Positions 1 through 8,859 of a stretch of DNA of 45,261 bases are shown piece after piece (position 1 is the first letter of the stretch; every line of letters starts with the position of its first letter). A program made the translations under genes and the position numbers. Source of the stretch: Candidatus Scatovivens sp. (GTDB taxonomy: Bacteria > Bacillota > Clostridia > TANB77 > CAG-508); assembly GCA_045630665.1 (NCBI GenBank), contig JAZQTI010000101.1, positions 1-45,261 of the forward strand. Direction: 5' to 3'. The notes below the pieces were generated by a model. It was not told where the DNA came from, searched no databases, and was given only the letters and a program-made list of their open reading frames with translations.

Positions 1-145
1 TAATATAGAAGATGCTCTAAAAAGATTTAAAAGACAATGTGCTAGAAATGGAGTATTACAAGAAGTTAGAAAAAGAGAACACTATGAAAAACCTAGCGTA
101 AAAAGAAAGAAAAAATCAGAGGCTGCTAGAAAAAGAAAATTTTAA
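1..145 (+). CDS. rpsU: 30S ribosomal protein S21, 3' part (start lies outside the window)
   Basis: Reading from nt 2 gives [47 protein letters not shown]. This matches the conserved C-terminal part of Firmicute S21. Confidence 0.9.
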   Translation, partial: NIEDALKRFKRQCARNGVLQEVRKREHYEKPSVKRKKKSEAARKRKF

Positions 146-156
146 TATTAAAATTA

Positions 157-192
157 AACCTGAATGTTTTATCATTCAGGTTTTAATTTTTT
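157..192. terminator. Hairpin plus T-tract between convergent rpsU and the SH3b-CAP gene
   Basis: CCTGAATG (159-166) pairs with CATTCAGG (173-180), followed by TTTTAATTTTTT. Confidence 0.7.
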
Positions 193-196
193 ATAT

Positions 197-946
197 TTAC
201 TTTCCAATAAATAATTCGACAATAATTTTTCCATAAGCAATACTATCAACTACTGCTAATCCAGTATAATTATAATCATTACTTAAGATGTTATTTTTAT
301 GATCTTCTGAGTTCATCCAGCTTTCAAATGCTCCAGAAATAGTTGGATTACCAGCGATGTTTTCACTGGCTGTTTTATAATAAACTTGATTGGCTTTTAA
401 CATTTCAAATGGAGTGCCATAAACAGGTGATATATGAGAAAAATAATTATTATTTACTAAGTCATTTGCTTTTAATCTAGCAACATTTTGTAATGTATTA
501 TCTATTTTTAATTCTTTAAGATTATTATTTTTTCTTTCAGTATTAATTAAAGATAACAATTCATTTTCTTCTGTAGTTAAACCATTGGAGCTATCTAGAT
601 TAATAATTTCTGTATTTGTACTTGCAGCTTTTTGTTCGTTTGTTGGTATTATATAATCCATAAATACAGTTCCAATTTGATTTTTTTCATTCTGTACAAT
701 ATACCATTGACCAATTTTTGCAAAAATTCTTACATATTCGTTTTTTCTTAACACTGTAATAGAATCAAAATTAATTCCTGCACCAGTTCTCATATTTAAA
801 TATTCTGTATTAACGATTCCATAAGGATAATCAACAGCTTCATATTCATCCATACCAAAACATGTAGTAAAAAGACTTATGAGTAATATTAAAATAATTG
901 TTGAAAGTAAAATTACAAGTTTATTTTCATAAATAAAAATTTTCAT
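197..946 (-). CDS. Secreted or membrane-anchored SH3b plus CAP/SCP (YkwD-like) domain protein
   Basis: N-terminal hydrophobic anchor. SH3b-like segment YLNMRTGAGINFDSITVLRKNEYVRIFAKIGQWYIVQ. C-terminal CAP-like segment NDLVNNNYFSHISPVYGTPFEML...ENIAG...WMNSEDHKNNIL. RBS AAGGAGG lies upstream of the ATG. Confidence 0.75.
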   Translation of the reverse strand: MKIFIYENKLVILLSTIILILLISLFTTCFGMDEYEAVDYPYGIVNTEYLNMRTGAGINFDSITVLRKNEYVRIFAKIGQWYIVQNEKNQIGTVFMDYIIPTNEQKAASTNTEIINLDSSNGLTTEENELLSLINTERKNNNLKELKIDNTLQNVARLKANDLVNNNYFSHISPVYGTPFEMLKANQVYYKTASENIAGNPTISGAFESWMNSEDHKNNILSNDYNYTGLAVVDSIAYGKIIVELFIGK

Positions 947-1011
947 AATAAAAAACCTCCTTAAATTAAATTTAAGAAGATTTTATCCAGAATATAAAAA
1001 AATAAACATTA

Positions 1012-2220
1012 TTATTTTAAATTAGAAACAATAAGATTAAAATAATGTTTCCAAGAGTTTGGAAGAATTTGATTTTTCAATATTATTGAAGTTTCGCCAA
1101 TTAATTTATCATCTTTATATAAATAAAAAGTTCCAACCTTTGAATTAATTTGATTATTTGAAGAAAATGCACTTTCGCAATAAATTTTTGTGTTTAATTT
1201 TAAAATTTCTTCTTTTGAAAGCGGAATTTCATCAAAAGGAAAAGTTTCTAATGATAAAATTGGAAAAGTTTTTGTTTTGTATAAATAAACATTTTGATTA
1301 AATATAGATATAAATTTGTTGAAATTTTCATTTATTATTGTAGAAATCTCAAAATAGGAATAATTAGAATATATATAATCAACTAATTTTAAGGTGTCTT
1401 TTGTTCTAATATTTTTTGTATCTGCGCCTAAAACAACAATAATAATATCTAAATTATTTCGTTTACAGGATGTTACTAAACATCGACCAGCACCAAAAGT
1501 AAAACCGGTTTTTACGCCATATACACCATTTGTGTTTCCTAATAATTCATGTGTATTAGTGATTTCCCTAGAGGTTTCATTAATGGTAATAATACATTTT
1601 TTTGTGCTAACTATTTTTTTAAATTCGTTATTATTTAATGCATAATTAGTTAAAATTGCTAAGTCGTATGCTGTTGTAAAATGATTTTCGGAATCTAATC
1701 CGTGAGGTGTACAAAAGTTACTATTAGTTAAACCTAATTCTTTTGCTTTTTGATTCATTAATTTTGAAAAATTATCTATATTTCCAGAAATGTGTTCAGC
1801 AATTGCAATAGCACAATCGTTTCCAGAACGTAACATTAATCCATAAATTAAATCTTTCATTAAAATTTCGGTGTTTGCCTTTAATCCGATTGTCGAACCA
1901 TGTATATTTGAAGCTTCTTTCGAGATAGTCACTTTTTCATCAAAATTTGAATTTTCTAAAGCTAAAATACATGTTAAAATTTTTGTTGTAGAAGCCATAG
2001 GGACTTTTTCATAAGAATTTTTTTCATATAGGGGAATTAAGGTTTTCCTGTCTATTACAATTACATTTTTTGAAAAAATTTGTGGTGATTTTGAAACAGA
2101 TACATTAGTTTCAAAAATAGAATCATTTTCTAAATCTTCAAGTTCTAAAATTTCGTCAGCATATGAAATATTAGTGAAAATAAGCAAAAAATAAGTTAAA
2201 AATATAAAAAATTTTTTCAT
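1012..2220 (-). CDS. D-alanyl-D-alanine carboxypeptidase (S11 family low-MW PBP)
   Basis: Signal peptide present. SxxK motif (ASTTK), SxN motif (RSGND) and KTG motif (VKTGFT) occur in the canonical order. RBS AAGGAGA. Confidence 0.85.
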   Translation of the reverse strand: MKKFFIFLTYFLLIFTNISYADEILELEDLENDSIFETNVSVSKSPQIFSKNVIVIDRKTLIPLYEKNSYEKVPMASTTKILTCILALENSNFDEKVTISKEASNIHGSTIGLKANTEILMKDLIYGLMLRSGNDCAIAIAEHISGNIDNFSKLMNQKAKELGLTNSNFCTPHGLDSENHFTTAYDLAILTNYALNNNEFKKIVSTKKCIITINETSREITNTHELLGNTNGVYGVKTGFTFGAGRCLVTSCKRNNLDIIIVVLGADTKNIRTKDTLKLVDYIYSNYSYFEISTIINENFNKFISIFNQNVYLYKTKTFPILSLETFPFDEIPLSKEEILKLNTKIYCESAFSSNNQINSKVGTFYLYKDDKLIGETSIILKNQILPNSWKHYFNLIVSNLK

Positions 2221-2343
2221 ATAAAATCTCCTTATAAAAAAGTATGAAAATAGAGAAAAAATATTACTAGTAAAATCACTAATGCAAAATCGTCAAAAAC
2301 GGTTAAATCCCAAGTGAAAAACGAAAAAATTTACATAAAATTG

Positions 2344-2372
2344 TTGATTTTGAGGCAAAAATGTAATATAAT
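2344..2372 (+). promoter_or_regulatory. Candidate sigma-A promoter for the surface-protein gene
   Basis: TTGATT (2344-2349), 17-nt spacer, TATAAT (2367-2372). This would give a leader of about 140 nt. A second, weaker TTGACA lies at 2435. Confidence 0.4.
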
Positions 2373-2515
2373 TGATATGTACTATGTAAAATAGATGGCT
2401 CTAGGTTTTTGTGGTGTTTAGAATATTGAATATATTGACACGCAAATATTTAGAGGTAAAATATATTATATAATAATATAACTATGCAAAAAAATGTAAA
2501 AGGAAGGTAGATTAT

Positions 2516-5500
2516 ATGTTAAAAAAGAGAATTGGAAAAATTGCTTTTGTATTGGCATGTATAATGACTTTAATTATGCCATATACATCAACAGTACTTG
2601 CAGCAGCTTTAACTCAAGAAGAAACTGAAGCTGAATTACAAGTTCTTATAATGCATGAAGGTGGAGAAGAAGCTAGTGGAACATTAACAGATGCTCAAAA
2701 AGAAATTTATGATACTGCACCTTATGGATACACAATAGGAGAAACAAGAATATATAAAATAATTACTAAAGGTGATTATGAATATGAAAATATATTCTAT
2801 TGTTTAGATGCAAACAAATCTTTCCCTGGTGTTACTGCAGAGAACTATAATAGTTTATTATATAAAAATGTGGCTGATTTAAAAGATCCTACAGATTCAA
2901 ATGTAAAAGCTTTAAAATTAAGCACAGATTATGTAACAGACCAAGAAACATGGAATGCAAACTATAAATCATTAATCTGGTTAGTAAATAATATGTATTT
3001 AGAAAAACAAACACCAGAACAAAAAGATGATTATTTAGCAAAAGCATTTGCAGATTATACAGATTGGGATTTAGATACTGTAAAAGCATTATTAACAGAT
3101 GACGATATAGATGTTATCCAACAATATGCTATGTGGTATTTTACAAATGGTGATACAGAAAAATATCATCCAGACACATTACCAACTGTTATTCTAAACA
3201 AAATTAATATGGATGCAACTACAACAGAAGGAACATATAATGATGTGGTAGGATATCCTCAACGTTATGATATAGCTAATCATTTATATCAATATTTAGT
3301 TAAATCAGCAAAAGAAGCTAAAGAAAATACTGTAACATATCCTACATTATCTGTAGAAGAAGTTACAGGACCAGAAAAAGAAGATTATTATTATGCAGGA
3401 AAATATAAAGTGAATTCTGGTACAGCTGCTAAAACTGAATATAGTATCAAATTATTAGACCAAGATGGAAATGAAATTCCAAGAAGTGAATATAAAATAC
3501 TTGTTGAAGGCGAAGCTGAATTTACAGAATCAAATGTTGATGAAATTTTAGATAAACAATTTTACATATATATACCAAAAACAAATAAAACAATAACAAA
3601 AGTTAACTTAGAATTAAGTTATACTTGTTATGAAACAGAAGCAACATTATGGAAAAATAATACAGTAGACGAAAACGATGAAGAAGTATATCAACCAGTT
3701 ACATTAATAACAAGAGGAAAAATTCCTCACAAAGCTAATTTAGAATATGAAATTGATAGAAAAACAGCAGACTTAGCTTTAAGAAAATATATAGTAAGTG
3801 TAAATGGAGAAAACACAAACAGAGCTCCAAAAGTTGATGTCACAGGATTAAAAAATGGAACAAGCTCAACAGCTGAATATAACCATGCTAAAAACCCTGT
3901 AAAAGTTTCAAACGGAGATACAATCGTTTACGAAATAAGAGTATATAATGAAGCAGATATAGATGCTAGAGGAACAACAATTGTTGATGCACTTCCAAAA
4001 GGATTAGAATTTGTTGAAGGAAGTTCAATCAATACAACATATGGTTGGTCAAAAGTTTCTGAAGGTGAAAATGTAACAGTTTATGCTACAGAATATTTAA
4101 GAAACGAAACAATTGGCGCTTTTGATAAAGAAAATGATGATACATTAAATAGTGCATATGTACAAATTGAATGTAAAATATCAGATGATGCAAGAGCTTC
4201 AAGTGTATTAACAAACATTGCAGAAATTAAAGCAGATGAAATTGATGATAGAGATTCAAATCCAGATAATAATGATTATGTAAAAAATGATTATGATGCT
4301 TCTGGATATACAGGAAATAATGATAATAAAGAAGACTTAACAGATGAAAACTACTACTATGAAGGTAGAGAAGATGATGATGACTTTGAAAAAATTGAAG
4401 TAGAAGGAAAAACATTTGACTTAAGTCTGCAAAAATTCGTAACAAAAATAAATAAAAATGCACCAAGTACAGATAGAGCTCCAAAAGTTGATGTTACAAA
4501 ATTAAAAAATGGAACAAGTACAGATGCAGAATATCAAACAGTAAAAACACCATTAGTTGTTGAAAAAGGTGATATCATCACATATACATTAAGAGTATAT
4601 AATGAAGGTGAACTTGATGGATATGCAGAAGAAGTTGCAGATTATATTCCAGAAGGTTTAGGATTTTTAGTAGGACATACAACAAATGTTGATAATTATT
4701 GGTTACTTCCAGAAGATGCTGAATCAATAAAATTAACAGATATAGAAAATGGAACCAAAAATTTATCAGCAGATGACTTTAGTAATGTTAATAGTTTAAA
4801 AGATGTTGAAGTTGTTAAAGGAAAAGTAAAAATAACTTCTACAAAATTAAAATCATCTGATTCTGATACAAAAAATCTAATAGATGGTTTTGATAAAGAA
4901 ATAGATACAACATTATCATATAAAGATATTCAAGTTACTTGTATAGTATTAGCTGATAAAGCTGAAAACAATAACTTTAGAAATATAGCTGAAATCGTAA
5001 AAGATTCAGATAAAAATAGAGAAGATATTACTGATATCGACTCAACACCAGATTCTGTAAATCCAGATGAATATCCTGGAAATGATTCAAATCAAGATGA
5101 TAATGATTATGAAAATTTAACAACAGAATCAAAAGAATTTGATTTAAGCTTACAAAAATTTATAACAAAATTAAACAATTCTGAAGTAAAAGATAGAGCA
5201 CCACAAGTTGTTATTTCAAACGGAAAAGTAACATTCTCTAAACCAAGTGCTGCTACAGAACCATTAAGAGTACAAAACAATGATGTTATAACATATACAA
5301 TAAGAGTATATAATGAAGGAAATATGGCAGGATATGCCAAAGAAGTTTCTGATAATTTACCAAAAGGATTAGAATTCTTAGTAGATAATGAAGTAAACAA
5401 AAAATATGGCTGGAAATTATATGATAAAAATGGAAATGTAACAACAGACTTATCACAAGCAGAAACAGTAAGAACAGATTATTTATCAAAAGAAAAATCT

Positions 5501-6364
5501 GAAGCAAGAAGAGATGATTGCTTATTAGAAGCTTTTGATAAAGCAACAGATAAATCACCAGATTTTAGAGATCTTCAAATTGTATTTAAAGTAAAAGAAA
5601 ATAATGCAAGTGGAGCAGAAGCAAGAACACTTAAAAATATTGCTGAAATAACAGATGATGAAGATGAAAATGGAGATCCTGTAGAAGATGTTGATTCAAC
5701 ACCAAATAATAACAAAGATGGTGAAGATGACATTGATGATGAAAAAGTATATGTAAAATATTTTGACTTAAGTTTACAAAAAGATTTAGTTAAAATTATA
5801 GTTACAGAAAATGGAACAACAAGAGAAATTGCAGTAGGAGCTAATGCAGGATTACAAAAAGTAGAAATTCATAGAAAAAGAATTGCTACGACAGAAGTAA
5901 AATTTGTTTATAACATAACAGTTAAAAACGAAGGTGAAATTGCTGGATATGCTACACAAATTAAAGATTATATTCCTGAAGGATTAGAATTTATCGAAGC
6001 AGAAAACAAACAATGGACAAAAGTTTCTGATAGAGTAATAACAACAAATGCTCTTGCAAATACATTAATTGAACCAGGAAAAACAGCTTCAGTTCAAGTT
6101 GTATTAAAATGGGTTAATGCTGAAGATAACTTCAATCTAAAAGTAAATACAGCAGAAATTAGTGAAGATAAAAATGATAGTAATACACCAGATATAGACT
6201 CAACACCAGATAACAAAGTTGATAAAGAAGATGACATAGATAATGCAGAAGTAATTTTAGCAATTTCAACAGGTACAACACCTACATATATTTTATTAAC
6301 ATTAACAGTATCAATTATAATGGTAACAGGTATTGCATTAATCAAAAAATATGTATTAATTTAA
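2516..6364 (+). CDS. Large cell-surface protein: signal peptide, thioester-like (TQxA-type) N-terminal domain, four DUF11-like repeat modules and a C-terminal hydrophobic anchor
   Basis: Signal peptide MLKKRIGKIAFVLACIMTLIMPYTSTVLAA. YCLD at Cys96 (nt 2801-2803) and QQYAMW at Gln203 (nt 3122-3124). Four modules begin (F)DL(S/A)LxK and carry VYNEG..GYA, LP(E/K)GLEF, NIAEI and D(I/V)DSTP(D/N). The C-terminus is TTPTYILLTLTVSIIMVTGIALIKKYVLI. Confidence 0.8.
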   Translation: MLKKRIGKIAFVLACIMTLIMPYTSTVLAAALTQEETEAELQVLIMHEGGEEASGTLTDAQKEIYDTAPYGYTIGETRIYKIITKGDYEYENIFYCLDANKSFPGVTAENYNSLLYKNVADLKDPTDSNVKALKLSTDYVTDQETWNANYKSLIWLVNNMYLEKQTPEQKDDYLAKAFADYTDWDLDTVKALLTDDDIDVIQQYAMWYFTNGDTEKYHPDTLPTVILNKINMDATTTEGTYNDVVGYPQRYDIANHLYQYLVKSAKEAKENTVTYPTLSVEEVTGPEKEDYYYAGKYKVNSGTAAKTEYSIKLLDQDGNEIPRSEYKILVEGEAEFTESNVDEILDKQFYIYIPKTNKTITKVNLELSYTCYETEATLWKNNTVDENDEEVYQPVTLITRGKIPHKANLEYEIDRKTADLALRKYIVSVNGENTNRAPKVDVTGLKNGTSSTAEYNHAKNPVKVSNGDTIVYEIRVYNEADIDARGTTIVDALPKGLEFVEGSSINTTYGWSKVSEGENVTVYATEYLRNETIGAFDKENDDTLNSAYVQIECKISDDARASSVLTNIAEIKADEIDDRDSNPDNNDYVKNDYDASGYTGNNDNKEDLTDENYYYEGREDDDDFEKIEVEGKTFDLSLQKFVTKINKNAPSTDRAPKVDVTKLKNGTSTDAEYQTVKTPLVVEKGDIITYTLRVYNEGELDGYAEEVADYIPEGLGFLVGHTTNVDNYWLLPEDAESIKLTDIENGTKNLSADDFSNVNSLKDVEVVKGKVKITSTKLKSSDSDTKNLIDGFDKEIDTTLSYKDIQVTCIVLADKAENNNFRNIAEIVKDSDKNREDITDIDSTPDSVNPDEYPGNDSNQDDNDYENLTTESKEFDLSLQKFITKLNNSEVKDRAPQVVISNGKVTFSKPSAATEPLRVQNNDVITYTIRVYNEGNMAGYAKEVSDNLPKGLEFLVDNEVNKKYGWKLYDKNGNVTTDLSQAETVRTDYLSKEKSEARRDDCLLEAFDKATDKSPDFRDLQIVFKVKENNASGAEARTLKNIAEITDDEDENGDPVEDVDSTPNNNKDGEDDIDDEKVYVKYFDLSLQKDLVKIIVTENGTTREIAVGANAGLQKVEIHRKRIATTEVKFVYNITVKNEGEIAGYATQIKDYIPEGLEFIEAENKQWTKVSDRVITTNALANTLIEPGKTASVQVVLKWVNAEDNFNLKVNTAEISEDKNDSNTPDIDSTPDNKVDKEDDIDNAEVILAISTGTTPTYILLTLTVSIIMVTGIALIKKYVLI
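3770..6240 (+). repeat. Four tandem, divergent, in-frame protein-domain repeats of about 480-720 nt (DUF11-like) inside the surface-protein gene
   Basis: Units start near 3770 (DLALRKY), 4415 (FDLSLQKF), 5138 (FDLSLQKF) and 5762 (FDLSLQKD). The DNA is also similar at unit starts: tttgacttaagtctgcaaaaattc versus tttgatttaagcttacaaaaattt. Confidence 0.8.
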
Positions 6365-6377
6365 TATAATCACAATA

Positions 6378-6407
6378 AAAAAGGATGAGTAAAATCATCC
6401 TTTTTTG
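6378..6407 (+). terminator. Intrinsic terminator after the surface-protein gene
   Basis: AAAGGATGA (6380-6388) pairs with TCATCCTTT (6395-6403), followed by a T-tract. Confidence 0.8.
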
Positions 6408-6442
6408 TTGTAAAAAAATGCATAAAAAGGTATTTTTTTGTG

Positions 6443-6471
6443 TTTACAACAAAAATGCTATATGATATAAT
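6443..6471 (+). promoter_or_regulatory. Sigma-A-type promoter for the Ig-like protein / REC-GGDEF operon
   Basis: TTTACA (6443-6448), 17-nt spacer, TATAAT (6466-6471), preceded by TGA in an extended -10-like context. Confidence 0.6.
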
Positions 6472-6508
6472 CAAACTTGAAATAATGATAAAGTGAGGAG
6501 TAGTGTAC

Positions 6509-7732
6509 ATGAACCAAATATTAGATTATAATCCAAATAAAAGCTCAGGCGGAAGACCTTCAGGTGGTGGTTCAGATGGCTTAGTAAGAATTTTTGCAAT
6601 AGGACTAATACTTTTTGCAATTTGTTTAGTAATTGGTGGAGCATATGGTGTTTATAACAACAGAGAAAAAGAAGAAAAACCAGCTGTTACTGTAACAGAA
6701 GCAAAAATTGAAGTAGAGCAAAAAGAAGATATTGTTGTAATTAGAGTAAGTCATGATAAAGCTATTGAAAAATTAATTTATAGTTGGGATTCTGAAAAAG
6801 AAAACAATATAAAAGGAACTGGCGAAGCTCAAATGGAAACAGAGATACCACTTCTTGCTGGAACACATACTTTAAATATTTGTGTTACTGATATAGACGG
6901 AGTTGAATCTACACATCAAGAAGAAATAACTTCTGAAAGTGGAGAAGATAAAATATATCCAGTAATAGATTTAAGTATAACAGATGACAAAAAATTAAAA
7001 ATAACAGCAACAGATGAAACTGAAATTGATTTCGTAACATATAGATGGAATGACGGAGAAGAAATGAAAGTTGAAGTTTCAGAAGAAGATAATAAGAAAA
7101 TAGAATTTGAAATCGAAATATTTAAAGGAAAAAATGATTTATTAATTGTTGCAGTTGATAAAAACAATAACTCTACAACAGAAACAAAATCATTTACAGG
7201 AGTAACAAAACCAGATGTAACAATAACAATATCAGCAGATAAGAAAATGGCAGATATTAAATGTTACCATGAAAACGGAATAAAAGATATTCAATTAAAT
7301 ATAAATGATATAGATTATCAAATAGACTTAGAAGGAAAAACACCAACAGATGTACCATTCCAAGTAGAACTTGTAGATGCAAATAGCACAATAAAAGTAG
7401 TTGCAACAAGTGTTGACGATACTTCAACAGAAGTTACAGAAACTGTTGTAGCTGAAGTTATAGAAGATGAAATCAATATAACAATAGATGGACCTGCAGA
7501 AGAAGGAGTTGCATTAGGAAAAGTTAAAATAAATGTACCAAATGGAATTAAAGAAATTAAATTAAATATTAATGATGTAGATTATGAAGTGGGATTAGAT
7601 GTAGAAAATCCTACAGATATAGAATTTGATATACCTTTAACACATGGAAACAATGTAGTAAAAGTTGTTGTTGTAGGTGCAAACGGAACAGAAAAAGAAG
7701 AAATAAAAGAGATTGATTATAGAGCTCAATAA
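6509..7732 (+). CDS. Single-pass membrane protein with four beta-rich (Ig-like) extracellular modules of about 80 aa; function unknown
   Basis: The ATG at 6509 lies 8 nt after GAGGAG (6495-6500), so I prefer it to the GTG at 6503 in the ORF track. Gly-rich N-terminus, then TM segment LVRIFAIGLILFAICLVIGGAYGVY. Repeated modules include NGIKDIQLNINDIDYQIDLEGKTPTDV and NGIKEIKLNINDVDYEVGLDVENPTDI. Confidence 0.7.
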   Translation: MNQILDYNPNKSSGGRPSGGGSDGLVRIFAIGLILFAICLVIGGAYGVYNNREKEEKPAVTVTEAKIEVEQKEDIVVIRVSHDKAIEKLIYSWDSEKENNIKGTGEAQMETEIPLLAGTHTLNICVTDIDGVESTHQEEITSESGEDKIYPVIDLSITDDKKLKITATDETEIDFVTYRWNDGEEMKVEVSEEDNKKIEFEIEIFKGKNDLLIVAVDKNNNSTTETKSFTGVTKPDVTITISADKKMADIKCYHENGIKDIQLNINDIDYQIDLEGKTPTDVPFQVELVDANSTIKVVATSVDDTSTEVTETVVAEVIEDEINITIDGPAEEGVALGKVKINVPNGIKEIKLNINDVDYEVGLDVENPTDIEFDIPLTHGNNVVKVVVVGANGTEKEEIKEIDYRAQ

Positions 7733-7743
7733 AAGGAGTATGT

Positions 7744-8673
7744 ATGGTTCACGAAATATATATAATAGATAATGAAAATGAACTAACAGATAAACTAAAG
7801 GAAAACTTTAGAAGAGAAACAGATGAATATAAATTTAAAACAGTAAAAACATCAGAACTAGAAGTAGCATTAAGAAACATTCCTTCATTACTTATAATTG
7901 ATGAGGATACAACAGATATAAATATAGTAGAATTCTGTAAAAGTATTAGATCAAACGAAGATAACAGTATTACACCAATTATTGTAGTAAGTTCTAATAG
8001 AGAAAAAGAACATGCTGTAGAAGTATTAAAAACTGATGTACAATATTACATAAAAAAACCATTAGATGACGAATATTTTTATTACACAATAAAAAATATA
8101 GTTGGTCTTTTAACAAAAAACAGAAGAATAAGTCCTTTAACAGGTTTGCCTGGAAATGTTCAAATTCAAACTGAAATGAAGAAAAGATTATTAAATAAAG
8201 AAACATTTGCAATTTTATATTTCGACTTGGATAATTTCAAAGCATACAATGACGTGTATGGATTTGCAAATGGAGATGAAATAATAAAATTTACAGCAAG
8301 AACAATATCAAAACATATTCATCAAATAGAAAACAGTGATAATTTTATTGGGCATATAGGTGGAGATGATTTTGTTTCAATAATTGGTCAAACTGATTAT
8401 GATAAAGTATGTCAAAATATAATAACAGAATTTGATAAATATGCAGTTGACTATTATAATGAGGTTGATGTTGAAAGAGGCTATGTAGAGGTTGCTAACA
8501 GAAGAGGAATTATTGAACAATTCCCACTAACAACAATATCAATTGCAGTTTTAGAAGTTGATTCAAAAATTTATAAAACAACTCTTGAAATCGGAGAAGT
8601 TGCAGGGCAAATAAAACATAAAGCGAAAGCGGTTTTGGGAAGTACATATGTAATAAATAGAAGAAGATTTTAA
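7744..8673 (+). CDS. Response regulator: receiver domain fused to a GGDEF-family domain (motif reads GGDDF)
   Basis: REC signatures IYIIDNE, LLIIDED and YIKKP. GGDEF-domain signatures LTGLPGN, YFDLDNFKAYND..G...GD and HIGGDDF (nt 8359-8373). The gene starts 12 nt after the upstream stop and has RBS AAGGAG. Confidence 0.8.
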   Translation: MVHEIYIIDNENELTDKLKENFRRETDEYKFKTVKTSELEVALRNIPSLLIIDEDTTDINIVEFCKSIRSNEDNSITPIIVVSSNREKEHAVEVLKTDVQYYIKKPLDDEYFYYTIKNIVGLLTKNRRISPLTGLPGNVQIQTEMKKRLLNKETFAILYFDLDNFKAYNDVYGFANGDEIIKFTARTISKHIHQIENSDNFIGHIGGDDFVSIIGQTDYDKVCQNIITEFDKYAVDYYNEVDVERGYVEVANRRGIIEQFPLTTISIAVLEVDSKIYKTTLEIGEVAGQIKHKAKAVLGSTYVINRRRF

Positions 8674-8682
8674 TTAACAAGA

Positions 8683-8716
8683 AAGAAGATTTAGAAATTC
8701 TAAGTCTTCTTTTTTA
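8683..8716 (+). terminator. Intrinsic terminator after the REC-GGDEF gene
   Basis: AAGAAGATTTAG pairs with CTAAGTCTTCTT (one mismatch), followed by TTTTT. Confidence 0.65.
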
Positions 8717-8859
8717 TATAAAAAATTAATGTTATATTGTTGTAAAAAAATCAAAAAAACTTTACGGAAAAGTATATTTTAGGCTTGAAAAATATTTACA
8801 ATTTATAGTAATTAAGTATATAATACAAATAGATTATTTCGAAAAGGAATTAAAGTTAG

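Noticed and set aside
2221-2515. Possible c-di-GMP riboswitch ahead of the adhesin gene, and possible c-di-AMP (ydaO-type) riboswitch ahead of the K+ transporter gene (8717-8859).
   Set aside because: I could not find the conserved GEMM-I/II or ydaO sequence blocks or plausible paired elements by eye. The K+ transporter leader is also too short. An Infernal/Rfam scan would be needed to settle this.
2889-6345. Minus-strand ORFs of 66-97 aa inside the surface-protein gene (2889-3089, 4227-4484, 5107-5400, 5286-5558, 6094-6345). Similar antisense ORFs occur elsewhere, for example 1394-1645, 8880-9164, 31481-31902 and 38929-39375.
   Set aside because: They lie entirely inside well-supported genes on the opposite strand. 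They translate to low-complexity L/F/I/S-rich strings, as expected from the reverse complement of K/E/N-rich AT-rich coding DNA. None has an RBS.
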